64,000 bases of DNA, from positions 11,208 to 75,207 of the forward strand of contig JAZORN010000001.1 of assembly GCA_045656645.1 (NCBI GenBank), in the 5' to 3' direction. The first letter of the stretch is position 1; every line of letters begins with the position of its first letter. Positions 63,219-64,000 of the stretch are shown one piece after another. Under the pieces are notes generated by a model. That model made no database searches and was not told the origin of the DNA. It saw only the letters and a list, made by a program, of their open reading frames with translations. Origin of the DNA: Clostridia bacterium (lineage in GTDB: Bacteria > Bacillota > Clostridia > UMGS1883). The translations under genes and the position numbers were made by a program.

Positions 63219-64000
63219 TCAATGAATTCTTTTTAATTCCTCCAAAGTTTCTTCAACAAGCTGCTGTCCGCCCTCGGGCGATACAATATTATCAAACATA
63301 GATGCACTGTAGCCTACCGCCCACGCACCGCGCTCTGTTGCAAGGTATGTGCCGGCTCTTCGTCCGGGCTGAGCGCAAAGCTGCACAATAAAGGTCTGTG
63401 CAAACGGAGAACGAGCCTGAATCCTGTGCTGATAATCCATAAAAAGCTCAAACTGGTTAGAGGCAAAGGCAATATCACCGATTTTTATTACGTGTAGCTC
63501 CATCGGATGCTTGGGCTCGTTCTTTTGCTTTTCATAGCGTGCTATTATACCGTCATAACGTTTGCCCGAAGCAATAATCCTGGTATTTATCTTCAGCTTT
63601 TCAAGAGGCTCTCCCTCTGTAACAAACGGAGCTCTTTCCTTGTGTTTTTCTTTTTCTACCAGACAGAAATTATATTCCTCGTCTGTTATAAGTCGTTTGT
63701 CAAGCTCTATGGTTTTTACACTGTGAACAATGGGTGCGTCCGTGATTTTTTCCTTTGTAGCCCACGAATAAACCTCATCAAAAGCTTCGCATATCCTGGC
63801 AGCAATATCACGTCTGTTATATATTTCTGCAGTATGCTCTACCCTTTCGTCAAGCTTGTAATCAGAGTATTTAAGTCTGTAACGACGCTCCTGCGCCTCT
63901 TTGTAGTGAAGAATTCTGGGCGACAAATCGCCTGCAGCCGCACACTGCGGGAGAATATGAATATCACCGTATTTCTTCTTTAGCTCGCATTTCACATCAT
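63219..64000 (-). CDS. Hypothetical protein, C-terminal ~260 aa (5' end beyond window); faint neutral-ceramidase-like resemblance
   Basis: The frame stays open to the window edge (...DVKCELKKKYGD). LPQCAAAGDLSPR and ELHVIKIGDIAFASNQFELF faintly recall ceramidase-type blocks (xxGDVSP and RIGDLAI). The function call is weak. Confidence 0.3.
   Translation of the reverse strand, partial: DVKCELKKKYGDIHILPQCAAAGDLSPRILHYKEAQERRYRLKYSDYKLDERVEHTAEIYNRRDIAARICEAFDEVYSWATKEKITDAPIVHSVKTIELDKRLITDEEYNFCLVEKEKHKERAPFVTEGEPLEKLKINTRIIASGKRYDGIIARYEKQKNEPKHPMELHVIKIGDIAFASNQFELFMDYQHRIQARSPFAQTFIVQLCAQPGRRAGTYLATERGAWAVGYSASMFDNIVSPEGGQQLVEETLEELKRIH

Noticed and set aside
1-64000. Search for rRNA, tRNA, CRISPR arrays, transposases, integrases, phage genes, toxin-antitoxin modules or known defence systems
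   Set aside because: I found nothing with the corresponding signatures: no cloverleaf-like GC-rich 70-90-nt segments, no repeat-spacer arrays, and no DDE, tyrosine-recombinase or nuclease-helicase-type ORFs. The window appears purely metabolic.

Overview
This 64-kb window comes from a low-GC Gram-positive, Clostridia-like genome, judged by SLH cell-wall anchors and GGAGG-type ribosome-binding sites. I call 44 protein-coding genes, 43 of them on the minus strand and tightly packed. I recognised no rRNA, tRNA, CRISPR, transposase, phage or defence genes. The window reads as one very large Gram-positive polysaccharide-utilisation locus for an acidic, heavily acylated glycan. Surface and secreted layer: two SLH-anchored multidomain putative lyases (PL2-like, from memory), a 1479-aa SLH protein with no recognisable catalytic domain, a CE12-like esterase and a further secreted protein. 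Uptake and regulation: a CUT1/Lpl-type ABC importer without an ATPase gene, plus two AraC-type regulators, one membrane-bound and one soluble. Cytoplasmic layer: GH2 x2, GH39-like, GH88, GH105, a DUF2264 protein, GH106-like x2, GH109-like, PL22-like, three tandem SGNH esterases and 2-3 NodB/CE4 deacetylases. The locus also carries ten predicted oxidoreductases: Gfo/Idh/MocA x4 including the GH109-like one, FAD x2, OYE-type, SDR x2 and Fe-ADH-like. Observations most worth follow-up: (1) the SLH-anchored PL2-like lyase pair, one copy of which has an in-frame TAG at a Trp conserved in the intact copy; (2) a roughly 70-nt promoter/operator module present in colinear copies upstream of two operons; (3) a LamG-like module reused six times in five secreted proteins; (4) the oxidoreductase load, and a lyase-linked operon with an RraA-like aldolase where the canonical Kdu/Kdg genes would be expected; (5) GC-rich stem-loops placed just 3' of stop codons. 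All family assignments rest on motif recognition by eye and memory, with no database search.
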